Below are positions 32,604-45,100 of a DNA stretch of 64,000 nucleotides, in pieces; the stretch's first letter is position 1; every line of letters begins with the position of its first letter. The position numbers and the translations under genes are program-made. Source of the stretch: Utricularia gibba (lineage: Eukaryota > Plantae > Magnoliophyta); NCBI GenBank assembly GCA_002189035.1, contig NEEC01000011.1:3038001-3102000 (forward strand), read 5' to 3'. The notes under the pieces are model-generated. The model ran no database searches. It saw only the letters and a program-made list of their open reading frames with translations, and was not told the origin of the DNA.

Positions 32604-35600
32604 TCAATGAGAAACAGGCAAGGCATTGGCTGCATCTGCATTCTCGGTTTTTGTGCGACTGGTGAAGCCTAGTAGCTTGTTCAGTGCTCCAACGTATGCT
32701 CGGACGCTGGAGATGACTATGTCCATCGAAGCACCGGATCCACTGGAGGGGGTGAACACAACATCATGCATCAATGCATCAAGGGGATGATTGCTCACAG
32801 GCAGTCATGAACTAGTTACATGTGTGGATGGGGTGCAGAGTTACAGACCTGAATGCACGGGCCATGGGCTGTCCGGTCAGTGCATGGGTTGTCATGACAC
32901 TGTTTTCTCCTCGAATTAGAACTCTTGTAGTTGCTATAGCATCAATGCCTTCAGTCACTGCATTCATTGAATACTCGACAAGGGTAACCGGCACCTGTGG
33001 ACGAAGGTAAATAACCATGGTTTTAATAGCAGCAGAAAGGTGCCGAAGGGACCAAAGAAGTGCTCTTACAAGATGATGCTACAGACCTGTACAATGAGGT
33101 CAACGGCTTTGTAGGCTGCATCAACAGGCCCTGTTCCAACTGAGCAAGACACATGCACATTACCATTTGCATCGATGAGCTTGACAGTTGCAGTTGAAAG
33201 GCCAAGAGTTCCACATGAAACCTGTCAAGTGGTAGTAAACTGGAATCGTAAGTATAGCAGCCACCTCTGAGCCTCCCAAAAAAAAAAAAAAGGACAGAAA
33301 CATGCCTGTACAGCTTCAACTTTCCAGAAATGAACAGGCTGGAAAACTTCATCGGAAACTAGAGCAATCAGGTCATCATCGGTGATAGTCTGGAAAACAG
33401 TAAAAGAAAATACATGATCTCAGCACACTGATACAGCGAATGATTCTCATACATAGAGCATCAGAAAAAAAAATGTCAATGCGACAAGTCTAGTGTTCTG
33501 TCATGGCCCAGTGTACCTTCTTGTTTCCGGCAACATCTTTGAAGCGTGAAAAGAGATCATCAAGTTCTTTTCCTTCAATATCATACCCAAGCTACAACCC
33601 CATTCATATATATCACAAGCAGAGGACGATAAATATTAGAAATAGTGTAGAGAAATGTATCAAGTTATCACATCAAGATAAAACCAAAACTTGCAAAAAT
33701 ACCTCCAACATCTTCGCTTTCAAAGCATGCCGCCCACTATATAAGCAAACCACAGGTTAAGATTCTCATACGTTGACCAACGGAACTACTCTGCAGAACA
33801 ATAAGATTTTTCCTACCTAAGTTTTCCAAGCACTATACCAGATTCATTGGAGCGTACAAGTCCAATATCTTCAGGAGAAATGATTTCATATGTAGTTTTA
33901 TTTTTAAGCATTCCATCCTGTATTAAAGTCAAAATACAGGAGTGATCATAAATAAACTGAAAGCATACAAAATACAGGATGAAACCAGAAAGAGAAACGC
34001 TATGAGAACAGGCTTGTCTATCAAAGAATTTTGAATAGAGTAAACGTATTGTCTCCAGTGCTTAAAAAGATGAAAGCATCAGAACAAACCTAATTCGCAA
34101 ATATGAAGGCGCCTGGCATGCAAAATCTGGATTAAATTTTTCAGTATTTTTTTTAATCTGTTTCCTAAATAGTAAGTAACTTTAGAGAGCAAAGAAACAA
34201 CCTATTCAGTATGTCAAAAACATGAAAATCAACCTGATGAATGCCACTTTCATGGGCAAAAGCATTAGCTCCAACAATGGCTTTGTGTGGCTGGACGTGC
34301 AGCCCAGTGTACTCTTCCACCTAAAAATGCCGCTCTGTAAGTGAAGATACTACAGACTAGCTCTTTGATGACTTCAAAAAGCACAAATATACCATCTTGC
34401 TAGCCATAACAATGTTTTCTGTGCTGATTCCTGTATATAGGCCATCTAGTGCCTGCGCTCCACGACATTTTATAGCCATCACAACCTGTAAAGCATCAAA
34501 CCGCCTCAACATCACCACTGCCTTGTTACAGATACAAGGTATCTGTAAATAAGAAGAACGAAACAGACCTCCTCAAGGGAGGCATTGCCAGCCCTTTCAC
34601 CAATACCATTAATGGTCACTTCTAATTGCCTAGCCCCAGATTGTACCCCCTGAACAAAAAAAGAAAAAAGAAAAAAGAACATAAGCACATTACTCATCAA
34701 ATAAGTTCATTTTCCACTATACAAAAATGAATGGCATACCGCCAGTGTATTAGCTGTGGCGAGCCCAAGGTCATTCTGACAATGTGTTGAAATTATCACA
34801 TTTTCTATCCCGGGAGTGTTGGCTTTTATATCTGCAATAAGCTTCCCGAATTCGAATTGTAGTAAATATCCAACTGTATCAGGAATGTTAAGGGTCGTGG
34901 CACCCGCTTTTATAACCTCCGCAAGAATTTTGTAGAGGAATTCCCTGTCCGATCTGCATGAAAAGGTAAACAAACGGTCAACATCGTGCAAAGTTGTAAA
35001 GAAAATCAAACACAAGCAAGTTCAACAGGCCTCCCAAGCAAAGAAGAAATTTCTGATAACCTTACCCTTGAGATCAGATTCAAGCAACACATATCATTCT
35101 TTCAAGTAGGTAGATGTCTAGTAGGCATTCTACAATGTATCATCTCTTCCCGATCTAAAAAAGGGAAATCAATATTGGAACTGTCAAGAGAGAATTGTCA
35201 CCTTCCAGCATCTTCAGGGCTAAACTCAACGTCATTGCATCCCAGACTCCGGGCATAAGCTACCATACTTCTTGCCTTGTCAATCACCTGATCCGGAGTC
35301 ATCTTCAGCTTAAAGTTCATATGAATCTCACTTGTCGCGATAAATGTATGAATTCTGGGCTTCTTGGCGGACTTCACCGCATCCCAAGCCCTATCAATAT
35401 CCCTTTTGTTGCACCTCGCCAAACCACATATAACCGGCACATGATCAGCTTCAACATTTCCAACCTCACTCGCGATCAGCTTAACTGCTTCGAAATCAGC
35501 TTCCGAGGCGGCAGGGAAACCTGCTTCAATAATATCCACACCGAGACGTGCGAGCTGCCGCGCAACATCCAGCTTCTCCTTGGTTGTCATGGTTGCACCC

Positions 35601-35830
35601 GGAGACTGCTCCCCGTCACGGAGTGTAGTATCGAATATCCGGACATACTTGGGGTCCGAAATGCGATTCGGAACATACTCCGGCCGGGTAACGGAGCAGC
35701 GCACGCGGACGTGGGCAGATGCATTCGAGTGATTGATGAAGTTGACGCGGAGGGGGACACGCCTCGCCGGGCATGCCGCCGCCGTCGGCTGTGAGATAAT
35801 CGACGAGGGCTTGCAAGCAAAGGAAGTCAT
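32604..35830 (-). CDS. IPMS: 2-isopropylmalate synthase, plastid-targeted, with intact C-terminal Leu-regulatory domain
   Basis: [68 protein letters not shown], then regulatory-domain exons [36 protein letters not shown]. The regulatory domain argues for IPMS rather than MAM. Confidence 0.96.
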
Positions 35831-36419
35831 GGATGACGACGGCAGTTGCACTAATGTGTAAAAAAATCGTCTTTGACATTTAAGTAGACTTCGACCTACT
35901 CTCAATAAAACAACGACGCAAAAAGATTTTACTTTCTGTACCCCAAACCCGAATGGGTTTTCTTCTTTACAACAAAAGAAAGAGAAACAAGGAGTTGTTC
36001 TTCTTCATTTGGGACTTCTGTGTTATGATTGCTGTTAGTCGTGAAGGAGGATGAGCCTACTTGGCAGTTTGGACTCTCCTGCACTGATTCCGCTGAAAAG
36101 GTTAAATGACTGGTTTCCTCATCCTTGTTTTCCATTGTTTCCATTTGCTCCGCCCATATGCTTTTGCTGTCACGACCGAAAAAGTTTCTGGGTTCCGTTT
36201 TTGGAGTTTCGTAATGGGATATTGGGAAATTCAATAGAAGTGAGTTATTGGGAAAGGTGGGCGGTACAGTCTTACATTCCAATTTTCTAAAGATCTCATG
36301 ATTCTTTGGGAGTGATGTAATGAGTGAGTTCTGAGGAAAAAGAACATGGGGGATTGAGTTTTTTTTCTAAGGTTAGTATTATCTGCTACCTGTTTGATGG
36401 CATTGGTCTCTTACAGTAG

Positions 36420-38618
36420 ATGCGTTTGCCTATTACTGCCACCAGCCTTCACGATTGTTGCCATAAGATCAAGGCGTTGGTATCCATTGGGAAATGCAGT
36501 GACGCGCTTTTGTCATGGAGAAAGCTGTCTGCAGTAGTAGGAGTTCAACAGGTAGATCATACAATTTTCTCTCATATTTTGAAGGCATGCTTGGGCTTGT
36601 CATGTCGATATGGAAGGTCTATCCATGCATATGCCCTCAAGAGAGAATATGAAGCATTCGCTTCTGTGTCAAATTCTCTGATAGACTTCTATGCTAAATC
36701 CGGTGAATTGGCCTATGCAAGTACCACTTTTTGGTGCATGAAGTCAAAAGATTCTGTTTCGTGGAATATAATTCTTCATGCATATCTTGATAAGGAATTG
36801 TTTGAGCCAGCATTGGATTTGTATATCCTCTGTAGGTGTGCCGGATTTGAACCCAATGTTTCTACTCTGGTTCTCATGCTTCAAGCAATTCGCAGTCTAA
36901 AGGCTTTCAAAGTTGCTCCAGCATTTCATGGCTACTTGATTCGAAGTGGGAATATGAATTTAAACTCAATACAAAATTCTCTATTAGCTACATATGCAGA
37001 CTTCAGCATGAATTGTTCTGAGACGCTCTTTGATGAAGTAAACGAAAAAGATGCGATTTCATGGACATTGATGATCAAATGCCACGTGAATTCTGGTAAG
37101 CCTGTTTCATCTTTAGAATTGTTCAAGAAGATGGTATCGGATGGTGAGATTGAGATTGATGGAAAAATGATGGTAAGTGTTATGAAGGGCTGCACTGTCC
37201 TGGGGAACATCATAATCGGGAAGTCAGTTCATGCCTTTGTGCTTATAAGAGCTTTGAGTTATGACTTATTTGTTGCCAACACTCTGCTTGATTTCTACTG
37301 TAAATGTGGAGATGTTGACTCTGCTGTCATGGCATTTAGTGAGATGCCTAAGAGGAATGCAGTATCCTGGAATTCTCTGCTGGCTGGATTTGTCCACAAT
37401 GAGAACTACACTGAAGCATTGGCGCTGTACTCTGCAATGGAAAAGTCAGGAGTTGACATTGATGAGATTACCCTTGTGAATCTACTTCAGATATTCAAGG
37501 TCTTTGGGCATCTGGTTCAATGCAAAACAATTCATTCTCGAGTGGTTTGCAGAGGCTTCGGGTTGAATGAAAGGGTCGTTAACTCCCTAATCGATGCTTA
37601 TGCCAAATGTGGTCAGATTGAACTTTCATGGCGATTATTTTTCCAGTTGGAAACACCAGATGTTGTAAGCTGGAGTACCATGATCTCTGGTTTCACTCAC
37701 TGTGGAATGCCAGGGGAAGCAGTTGCCCTTTATCAGGAGATGCAGTACTATGTGCAAAACCCAACCCATGCCACCCTGCTAAACCTTCTTCAGGCTTGTG
37801 CACTTTCTGCAGAAATCAGAAGATCGAAGTGGGCTCATGGGCATGCCATTCGGATGGGACTCACATCTGATGTTGTCATTGCTACTGCAATACTCAATAT
37901 GTACTCAAAATGCGGAGCAGTAGATGCATCCCAGAGGGTTTTTGATCATATCTCCGACAAAAATGTGGTGTCCTGGAGTGCAATGATCGCAGCATACGGA
38001 TTCAATGGCCTCCCACACGCTGCTCTCTCTCTGTTTTCAGCAATGGAAGCTGAGGGTATCCAACCAAATCCAGTAACAACTCTGTCAATACTGTCTGCAT
38101 GCTGTCACGGTGGATTAGTTCAAGAGGGACTCCGCATTCTCAAAGAGCAAGGAACTGCTACCTTCGAAGCTCCCCTGAAACCAGAACATTACTCTTGCTT
38201 GGTTGATATGCTGGCGAGATCCGGCAACCTTGATGATGCACTCAATCTCATAAAGTCAACTCCATGGATTGAGAAGTCAAGAGCCAGCGCCTGGGGTGCT
38301 TTGTTAAGTGCTAGCAGGAACTACGAGAGTCAAGAGTTTACATCCAGTGCCATCTCTCATGTTCTTGAACTAGAGCCAACGAGCTCAGCTGGTTATCTCC
38401 TGGCATCAAATTCGTACCTTGCCGGAGGATTGTGGGCTGATGCCTCAAGGATGAGATCCATGATGAAGGAAAGAGGTGCTGAGGTGGTCGTCGCATACAG
38501 TTTGATTCACGTGGATAACAAAACATTTACTTTTAACGCTGGCCACCCTTTGTACAAAGGCCTGTCTCCGGTTATCGAGCAGTTGCACTGCTGTATGCGG
38601 ATAGATGCTGCAGCATGA
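36420..38618 (+). CDS. PLS-class PPR protein, E/E+ subgroup (no DYW), single coding exon
   Basis: 732-aa ORF with repeated VSWN/ISWT/VSWS motifs, PEHYSCLVDMLARSG, WGALLSAS and YLLASNSY...W E-domain. Confidence 0.95.
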   Translation: MRLPITATSLHDCCHKIKALVSIGKCSDALLSWRKLSAVVGVQQVDHTIFSHILKACLGLSCRYGRSIHAYALKREYEAFASVSNSLIDFYAKSGELAYASTTFWCMKSKDSVSWNIILHAYLDKELFEPALDLYILCRCAGFEPNVSTLVLMLQAIRSLKAFKVAPAFHGYLIRSGNMNLNSIQNSLLATYADFSMNCSETLFDEVNEKDAISWTLMIKCHVNSGKPVSSLELFKKMVSDGEIEIDGKMMVSVMKGCTVLGNIIIGKSVHAFVLIRALSYDLFVANTLLDFYCKCGDVDSAVMAFSEMPKRNAVSWNSLLAGFVHNENYTEALALYSAMEKSGVDIDEITLVNLLQIFKVFGHLVQCKTIHSRVVCRGFGLNERVVNSLIDAYAKCGQIELSWRLFFQLETPDVVSWSTMISGFTHCGMPGEAVALYQEMQYYVQNPTHATLLNLLQACALSAEIRRSKWAHGHAIRMGLTSDVVIATAILNMYSKCGAVDASQRVFDHISDKNVVSWSAMIAAYGFNGLPHAALSLFSAMEAEGIQPNPVTTLSILSACCHGGLVQEGLRILKEQGTATFEAPLKPEHYSCLVDMLARSGNLDDALNLIKSTPWIEKSRASAWGALLSASRNYESQEFTSSAISHVLELEPTSSAGYLLASNSYLAGGLWADASRMRSMMKERGAEVVVAYSLIHVDNKTFTFNAGHPLYKGLSPVIEQLHCCMRIDAAA

Positions 38619-38756
38619 GAACTAATGATTTCATAGAGCATGCCAATGAGCCGATCCAATCTCGCTGAGAGATTGACCCACTACAGGTGCAAATCTAAGC
38701 AAGCTTAAGCTGTCGTAGGTGGACCATTCTTGATTACTATCCTATCCATCCAGCAA

Positions 38757-38798
38757 ATGCTTTTTTCCCCAGAAAAAGCATTCTGGGGAAACAAGCAT
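38757..38798. repeat. 18-bp inverted repeat (1 mismatch, 6-nt loop) between the convergent PPR and BBX 3' ends
   Basis: ATGCTTTTTTCCCCAGAA (38757-38774) versus TTCTGGGGAAACAAGCAT (38781-38798). Confidence 0.85.
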
Positions 38799-39371
38799 GT
38801 GGTAGGTGAAAGATTTTGTTTTGATCCCTGGGATGAATGAAATGTCATCAAGTGAGAGAACTTAATGACTTTTCCTGCTCGCCAAGATTCTTGATGGCCA
38901 GGCCATTATTCAGGTATCTAATGATGCTTCATGATCTAATGTTTTCGGCACCTGACGAAGGAAAAGTATGTAGTATCTTGTGTATTTGGTTTAGCAGGAC
39001 AAGTCAAAGCTTGTGGGGTGGTTACGAACACGAAGAAGGCACCATCCCAGCATTGCCCACCCCTTCTCAGGCAGCTCGGATTCAAGTAGACATTATCTTG
39101 CAGCTCACTAATTCGGTTAACAAACAACCAGGCGCCCAGTTCACACCTTTCTTTTGGTCGCCAGTTGGCTCATTTTTTGTTGTAAGATCATTTGGGAGAG
39201 CCTGTTTTCCTGTTGTCACAAGAGTCGCATCTCAGGCATTGCTTACCCTCGAGATTTTTCCAAAGGTTGGATTTTTAACGTTACTTTTACAAAATGTTTC
39301 ACAATGAGGCATTGCTACTACATGAAATAACCAAGAAACACCATTGCCTGATGACCTGAACTTTCTTCCAC

Positions 39372-40315
39372 TCAGCCAAGATCAGGAACTGTGAACATGT
39401 CTTCTTCGTCATCCAGAATCTCGATTCTGGGCTTCTTGTGAACTGGATAATGCTTGGCCTGTCTGTAACTGCTTGTGCTCTGAGTGTGATACGCCCTCAG
39501 CTCGGGTACTTCGGCAGCAGCTACAGCCTTCTCAGGAACTTGTTCATTGAAGAAGTCAATGTCATTCAGCCACTCTAGCTCATTGAAATCAAACTGCCCC
39601 TGTTAAAAACAAGCAAATCGTTAGGCCGGGAAACGTTGGGGTTCCGATCATTCGAAGCAAGATGTGCGAACTGGGTGGCTACCTTTCCACAGGAATCATG
39701 GTCGGAGAGTTGCAGCAAATCATCAACAGCCCAAGACACAGCGGGGGCAAAAGAAGGCACTTGCCGCAGGGATGCTTCAGAGCTGCCACTCTGTTGCGGT
39801 ACCTGCGCTTTCGGAGGCTTCTGCTGCTGTTGGTTCTTTTCAGTGTCGTCGGAGCACCGGCTGCCGCCGTTGCTCAGAGCTACTCTGATTCCAGTAGCTA
39901 AAAACCTCTGATGCCCAGCTGCTCGCTGGTTAGCCGAGTGGATCGGCTCATCACAGTCCTTGCAAAACAGAGCTCTGTCCTCTACACAGAATATGAACGC
40001 TGTCTTCTCCTGCACAAGCAATCAGTAATCGGTCACAAACAAAAGCAGCCCAAATCATCTACAGCCAGGATCACCCCCAAAACGCTTGCCCCAAAAAGCG
40101 GAAATCTAAAAAACCGGGCAAGATTCAAGTACCTGGCAAATATCACAGCGTGGGAGATCATTGGAAAGGCTCTGAAGCAGCAGCCTCTGATGCTTGCTCG
40201 CAAGCTTGTTAGCCGCGTGAACCTCTACATCACATTTCCCGCATAATGCAGCCTCATCGGCACAGCAAATCACCGTCGCGGGCGCTTTCTCGCACACATC
40301 GCACTGAATCTTCAT
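39372..40315 (-). CDS. BBX24: Double B-box zinc-finger protein, BBX24/BBX25 (STO/STH) type, 3 exons
   Basis: MKIQCDVCEKAPATVICCADEAALCGKCD; second B-box RCDICQEKTAFIFCVEDRALFC; C-terminal NLS KKPRIE and COP1-binding VP motif MFTVPDLG*. Confidence 0.9.
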
Positions 40316-41034
40316 CTCCCAGAAACCAAAAAGCAAAGGTCCCCAATACCCAAATCCCCCTTACCCAAATCAAAGCAAAGGAGAGCAATGGGTGGAGGGG
40401 AGGAGAGGGGGAGCAATGATTGACAAGGAAACAGTAGCCGCAATGGAGATAAGGATGTGAATTCCGGGAATCAAATGCAAGAACGCGATGGAGCCAACGA
40501 GGCGATGAGTAGGATCGTCGACTGTGTGGCTGAGGATTGGCGCATATGGAGCAGCAGCCTGTGCCTGTCCAGTCGTCTTCCTTTGCGTGGTCCAAAGCGT
40601 GTGAAATGGTCTCGTTGAATCATGACCGTTGGATCTTCTGACGGCATCGACGCGTATTTATTGCAAGTTGATGGGCCGGGCCCACATAGGAGTATTTTTG
40701 ACAATAAAACCATCTATATCCTCGTATTTAGAAAAAAGGAAAAATTGTACAAATTTTTAATAATATTTAATTAAATTACATAATTGATCTCCATAAACAC
40801 TATTTTAATCCCTGTTATTTGAAAACCATTTATAATTCCCCATGTTTGATTTCCTGGTTTTTTTGATTTGCTATGGTTTTGGGATTGCTCCTAATCTTTG
40901 GAAATGGGGAAGTTTCTGAAGGGTGACAACGTGATGTCCGTTTCAGTAAAATAAGTTTAGGTGAATTCCATATTAATTATGAATGCGGAATAGAATGAAA
41001 TTGAGTAGAATCATCATACATTTGTGTTTATGCA

Positions 41035-41591
41035 TGTGAAATGAAATTAAACTAGATTGTGAAGAACACGTGAAGCTCAAATACATAAGATACATGGATC
41101 ACATTAGAAAAGATTAGACACAATTAATTATTTGTGATCTGTAGTTTATTATATATTTGACTATTTCACTTTCATTTTCCGATGTGGGATTGTGTATTCT
41201 AACAACCGTCCTCAAGTCGAACTGGTCTTTTTGATCCGGTTAAGACTTGTTTTTTTTGTGTGATTGTAGATAGTGCTCGGGTTATAGGTAAATCTAATTT
41301 TTATCGTCTAATTCTAATAGGGTTCCTTGTTTTTTTTTTTTGTTTAATCGGATCTCAGAACAATATAAAACCCATCTTGACTACTCAAGCCATGCCGCGA
41401 GACAAACGTTCTGATACCATGTTGAAATTCAGGATTCGATGGGTCGGGTGAACGCACACATGACGACCAAATACATAAGAAACGTGTATCACAATATAAA
41501 AGATTAGGTCCAACCGATTTATGAACTATAATCTCTTATATACTAGACTATTCCATTTTTATTTTTCGATGTAAGATTATGTATTCTAACA
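41035..41591 (-). mobile_element. TRIM (terminal-repeat retrotransposon in miniature), old and diverged
   Basis: Two ~170-bp direct repeats (41035-41204 and 41420-41591), both ending TATTCTAACA on +. The right copy has TG...CA termini and is followed on the minus strand by TGGTATCAGAAC (tRNA-iMet PBS, 11/12). A degenerate PPT, ACTTGAGGACGGT, precedes the second LTR. Internal part ~215 bp, non-coding. No clear TSD. Confidence 0.8.
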
Positions 41592-41739
41592 AATTACTTG
41601 TTTGGTTAGATCGTTATCGAGCAATTGTCCATGTATTGTGTAGTTGAAGTCACACACATGGGGCATGACCTTCTTCCCTGTTTCAATATCACACAAATAT
41701 GAGCATGGACTTGACTCTGTTCAGTGGTCAAGTATCCAA

Positions 41740-41877
41740 GTCCACCCCACGAGCCAGTCTTCACCAATGCAGGCGTATAATCAGGCCATTAACGATCTGG
41801 ACCAGTAGCTTCATCACCTCAAGGGGAATCAAATCATATGCATGTCTCACTCACTCGTGGAGGCAGAGTTGGCAAGG
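41740..41877 (+). pseudogene. NRPB11: Fragment of RNA polymerase II/IV/V subunit 11 gene (last exons) with a premature stop
   Basis: [27 protein letters not shown] (TAG at 41806-41808) then AELAR at 41863-41877, matching the plant RPB11 C-terminus [28 protein letters not shown]...AELAK. No 5' exons found. Confidence 0.85.
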
Positions 41878-42184
41878 CTGCAGGCCAGGTAGCCATTGAA
41901 GCTTGGGCTGTCTCTGGTGTTATGGCCAAGAATTCGCAGTGCTGCAGCTCTGAAGCTCTCAAGACGGTGGCGCTTTGTAGCGTGGCGAGCTGCTGCAGCA
42001 GTTGGAAATGTTGTGAAACAATTTATCCAAATAAAAGAAGATAAGTATAAATGAATAAATGTGTGTTTTTGGAAGAAGCTTGGGTTTCTCCACGTTTCCC
42101 GAAAAGGGAGGAACTGATCTTGCTATAAGAACTCCACGTACCCGCCAGCCATTACTTCTTGATACTCAATCGGTGGAGTGCAGA

Positions 42185-45100
42185 ATGCTTCCGGTGTTCA
42201 TCTCCAGATCATCGAGATCCTTGAAGTCTTTTCCGATTGCAATTCGTTGTTGTTATAACTTCTTTCGCTGTCGGCGCACCATTACACACTTCACTGAATC
42301 AGACGGAACTCCGTTTTCATGTCCTGGGTTCTCTAGGGCACGGGGACCTGTCGGTCTCATAAGGAGTTTCAGCAATGAGGCAGTTCATCGGGAGAGTATG
42401 GAATATGATGTGGTGATTGTTGGTGCGGGACCTGCGGGGCTGTCCGCGGCTATAAGGCTGAAGCAGCTCTGTAAAGAAAATAATACTGATCTATCAGTAT
42501 GCATTGTTGAAAAGGGAGCAGAAGTAGGTATGCAACCCTGGTGTTGATGCTGTCTGTTTAATTTCAATAGCATTTTAAACCAGTCGTGATTGCATTTTAT
42601 TTTCTTACGGGTATTCGTTCTCCAGGTGCTCATATACTCTCTGGCAATGTTTATCAGCCTCGAGCATTGGATGAGCTTCTTCCAAGTTGGAAAGAGGACC
42701 AGGTTTTTCTCAAGCATTTTTTTTTCATGTGTTTTGTATTTTTTTTTTTTAATGTTGTATCTTGACTCAGTGCCCTTCAATAGTTTCAGAAGTGAGTACA
42801 TCGTACAGTGGATCTAATATGGCCTTCCATTTTTACACAAAATTACGGTTTAGGCTAAGTTTTCTGATCCTGAAAACCGTTTCAGGCACCTATCCATGTT
42901 CCAGTTACTACTGACAAGTTCTATTTACTTTATGAAACCCGTGCTATACCCTTGCCATCTCCTTTTAGCAACAAGGGAAACTACGTTATCAGGTAGCATT
43001 TCCTTGTATTTCTTCCCTAATTCTGGAAGTTGTTGTACAGAATTCTGTTAAATTTCACAGCTTGAGCCAACTTGTCCGGTGGCTTGCACTGAAGGCTGAA
43101 GAACTAGGAGTTGAAATATATCCAGGATTTGCAGCTAGTGAGGTAGAAACTTTCTTAAGGCTATTTTTTACTTTTCTCCCTAGATATTGGCTCTTAATTT
43201 TCTGTTGGCTTTCAGATACTTTATGATCAAAATGACAAAGTAATTGGCATTGCCACTAATGACATGGGAATTGCGAAAGATGGCTCTAAGAAGGACAATT
43301 TTCAACCTGGTGTAGAGTTAAAGGGTAAAGGGGACAGTATTAAGAAGCAATAGAAGAAGCTTTTTTTTTTTTTTTTCAGAGGATGTGCGGTTCAAATTGA
43401 TTTTTCGTTTCTACGTCAATGCAGGGCAAATGACATTGTTCGCTGAAGGCTGTCGAGGATCTCTCTCTGAGGTTCTCCAAAGTTTATATACACATTAGAT
43501 TGCGTAATTATACAGCTACTGGTATACCTGAAAAATAATCTGCCTTTTTTGTTCAGGAACTAATAAGAAAATTTGAGTTACGAGAAAAGGGTCAAGGGCA
43601 ACACCAGACGTATGCATTAGGGATTAAAGAGGTTATGCAGCTTTTTTTATGGAAGTCCTTGAGATGCTTTCAGTTATTTCTTAGAATGTTAGCATATTAA
43701 AACCAAATTTGATTGGAGATGGCCTGAAAGCCTCTTTTTCCAGGTTTGGGAAATTAGTGAAGACAAGCATCAAGCTGGCTCCGTGCTTCATACAGTTGGT
43801 TGGCCACTAGATCGAAGTACATATGGGGGATCCTTTTTGTACCACATGAATGATAGACAGGTCCTTTATGTTTCATGCATCATGTTTTATACTCAAATAG
43901 ACTATCAGAGCTAGCACTTGCAGTTCGATGGTTCAAAAATGTAATTTTTTTTATTGTGCTGACTGAGCATATGACTCTTTTTTTGGAAACTCTTTCAAGA
44001 TGTGAAGGTTTTGGCTTATGTTCCATAGAGTGAAGTTAACCATTTCTTTTTCACATACAGTTGGCTATTGGGTTAGTGGTTGGCTTGAATTATCAGAATC
44101 CTTTCTTAAATCCATATGAAGAATTTCAGGTAAACTCAATCTTTCCTGCTTGTATCCTGTATTTATATATTGTGTTGATAGATACCCTTCAGGTGTATGA
44201 CTTTTCCTCTAAAAAAAAGTGGATATGATTCCAGTAAAAAATGAAGAGATAAATTCCTTTGGGGGTACAGTGCGATGCATACCCTCTGTTATGGCATTAT
44301 ATACTTCTGTGTGTTCGTTCTACTGCCACCAATGTGTCCAATGTCTAATTTGTTGCTCACCTCTCTGATGTAGAAACTTAAACATCACCCGCTTGTTAGA
44401 AACCTTCTTGAAGGAGGTACAGTGCTGGAATATGGTGCTCGCACATTGAATGAAGGTGGTTACCAGGTGAACTTCAATATCGGCATCTCTTCATTCTAAA
44501 GTGTTTGTGCTTATGGAAGAGGAAAATATTGTGAAGCAGAATATTTTTTCTGGTCTTCTGAGTGCATGTACTAATATACAACGACTGTTTTATGATCCAG
44601 TCTATACCTTACCCAGTATTCCCCGGTGGTGCCATTGTTGGTTGTTCGGCTGGTTTCCTGAATGTGCCCAAAATAAAGGGATCACATACTGCAATGAAAT
44701 CAGGTACTTGCAGACGAATTTTGTTTCTTGATTGGAACCTGCTGTCGACAGATGTAATGAAGCAGTTCAATGGTGTCATGGCATCTTATTTAGCTAATGT
44801 GGTTCTCTGTTTCTTTGTAGTTTTCCTGCTAAAAAATTAGCTAGTTTTCTCAGCACCCATTGCAGTTCGGTATTCAGAATCCTTACATTTTGTTTTGATT
44901 CAGGAATGCTGGCAGCTGAGTCTGTGTTTCACTCACTGCTGGAAGGTACCCCACTGGATGCATTTTGGGGCAGGTTGAAAAGTTCTTGGATATGGAAGGA
45001 GCTTTATGACGCAAGAAACTATCGCCCTGTAAGCACTTATTACCAACATTCTCTCATTTTTACCACGTCTCTCGGTTGCCTCTTCTCCAACTTCACACTC

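Noticed and set aside
35195-35794. 199-aa + strand ORF
   Set aside because: Antisense shadow of IPMS exon 1.
32604-35830. MAM-type neofunctionalised IPMS
   Set aside because: The C-terminal Leu-binding regulatory domain exons are all present.
38837-39307. 156-aa ORF between PPR and BBX
   Set aside because: No homology or codon signature; lies in the expected 3' UTRs.
41035-41591. Cassandra-type TRIM or tRNA gene
   Set aside because: No 5S A/C boxes in the repeats; the tRNA-like sequence is only the 12-nt primer-binding site.
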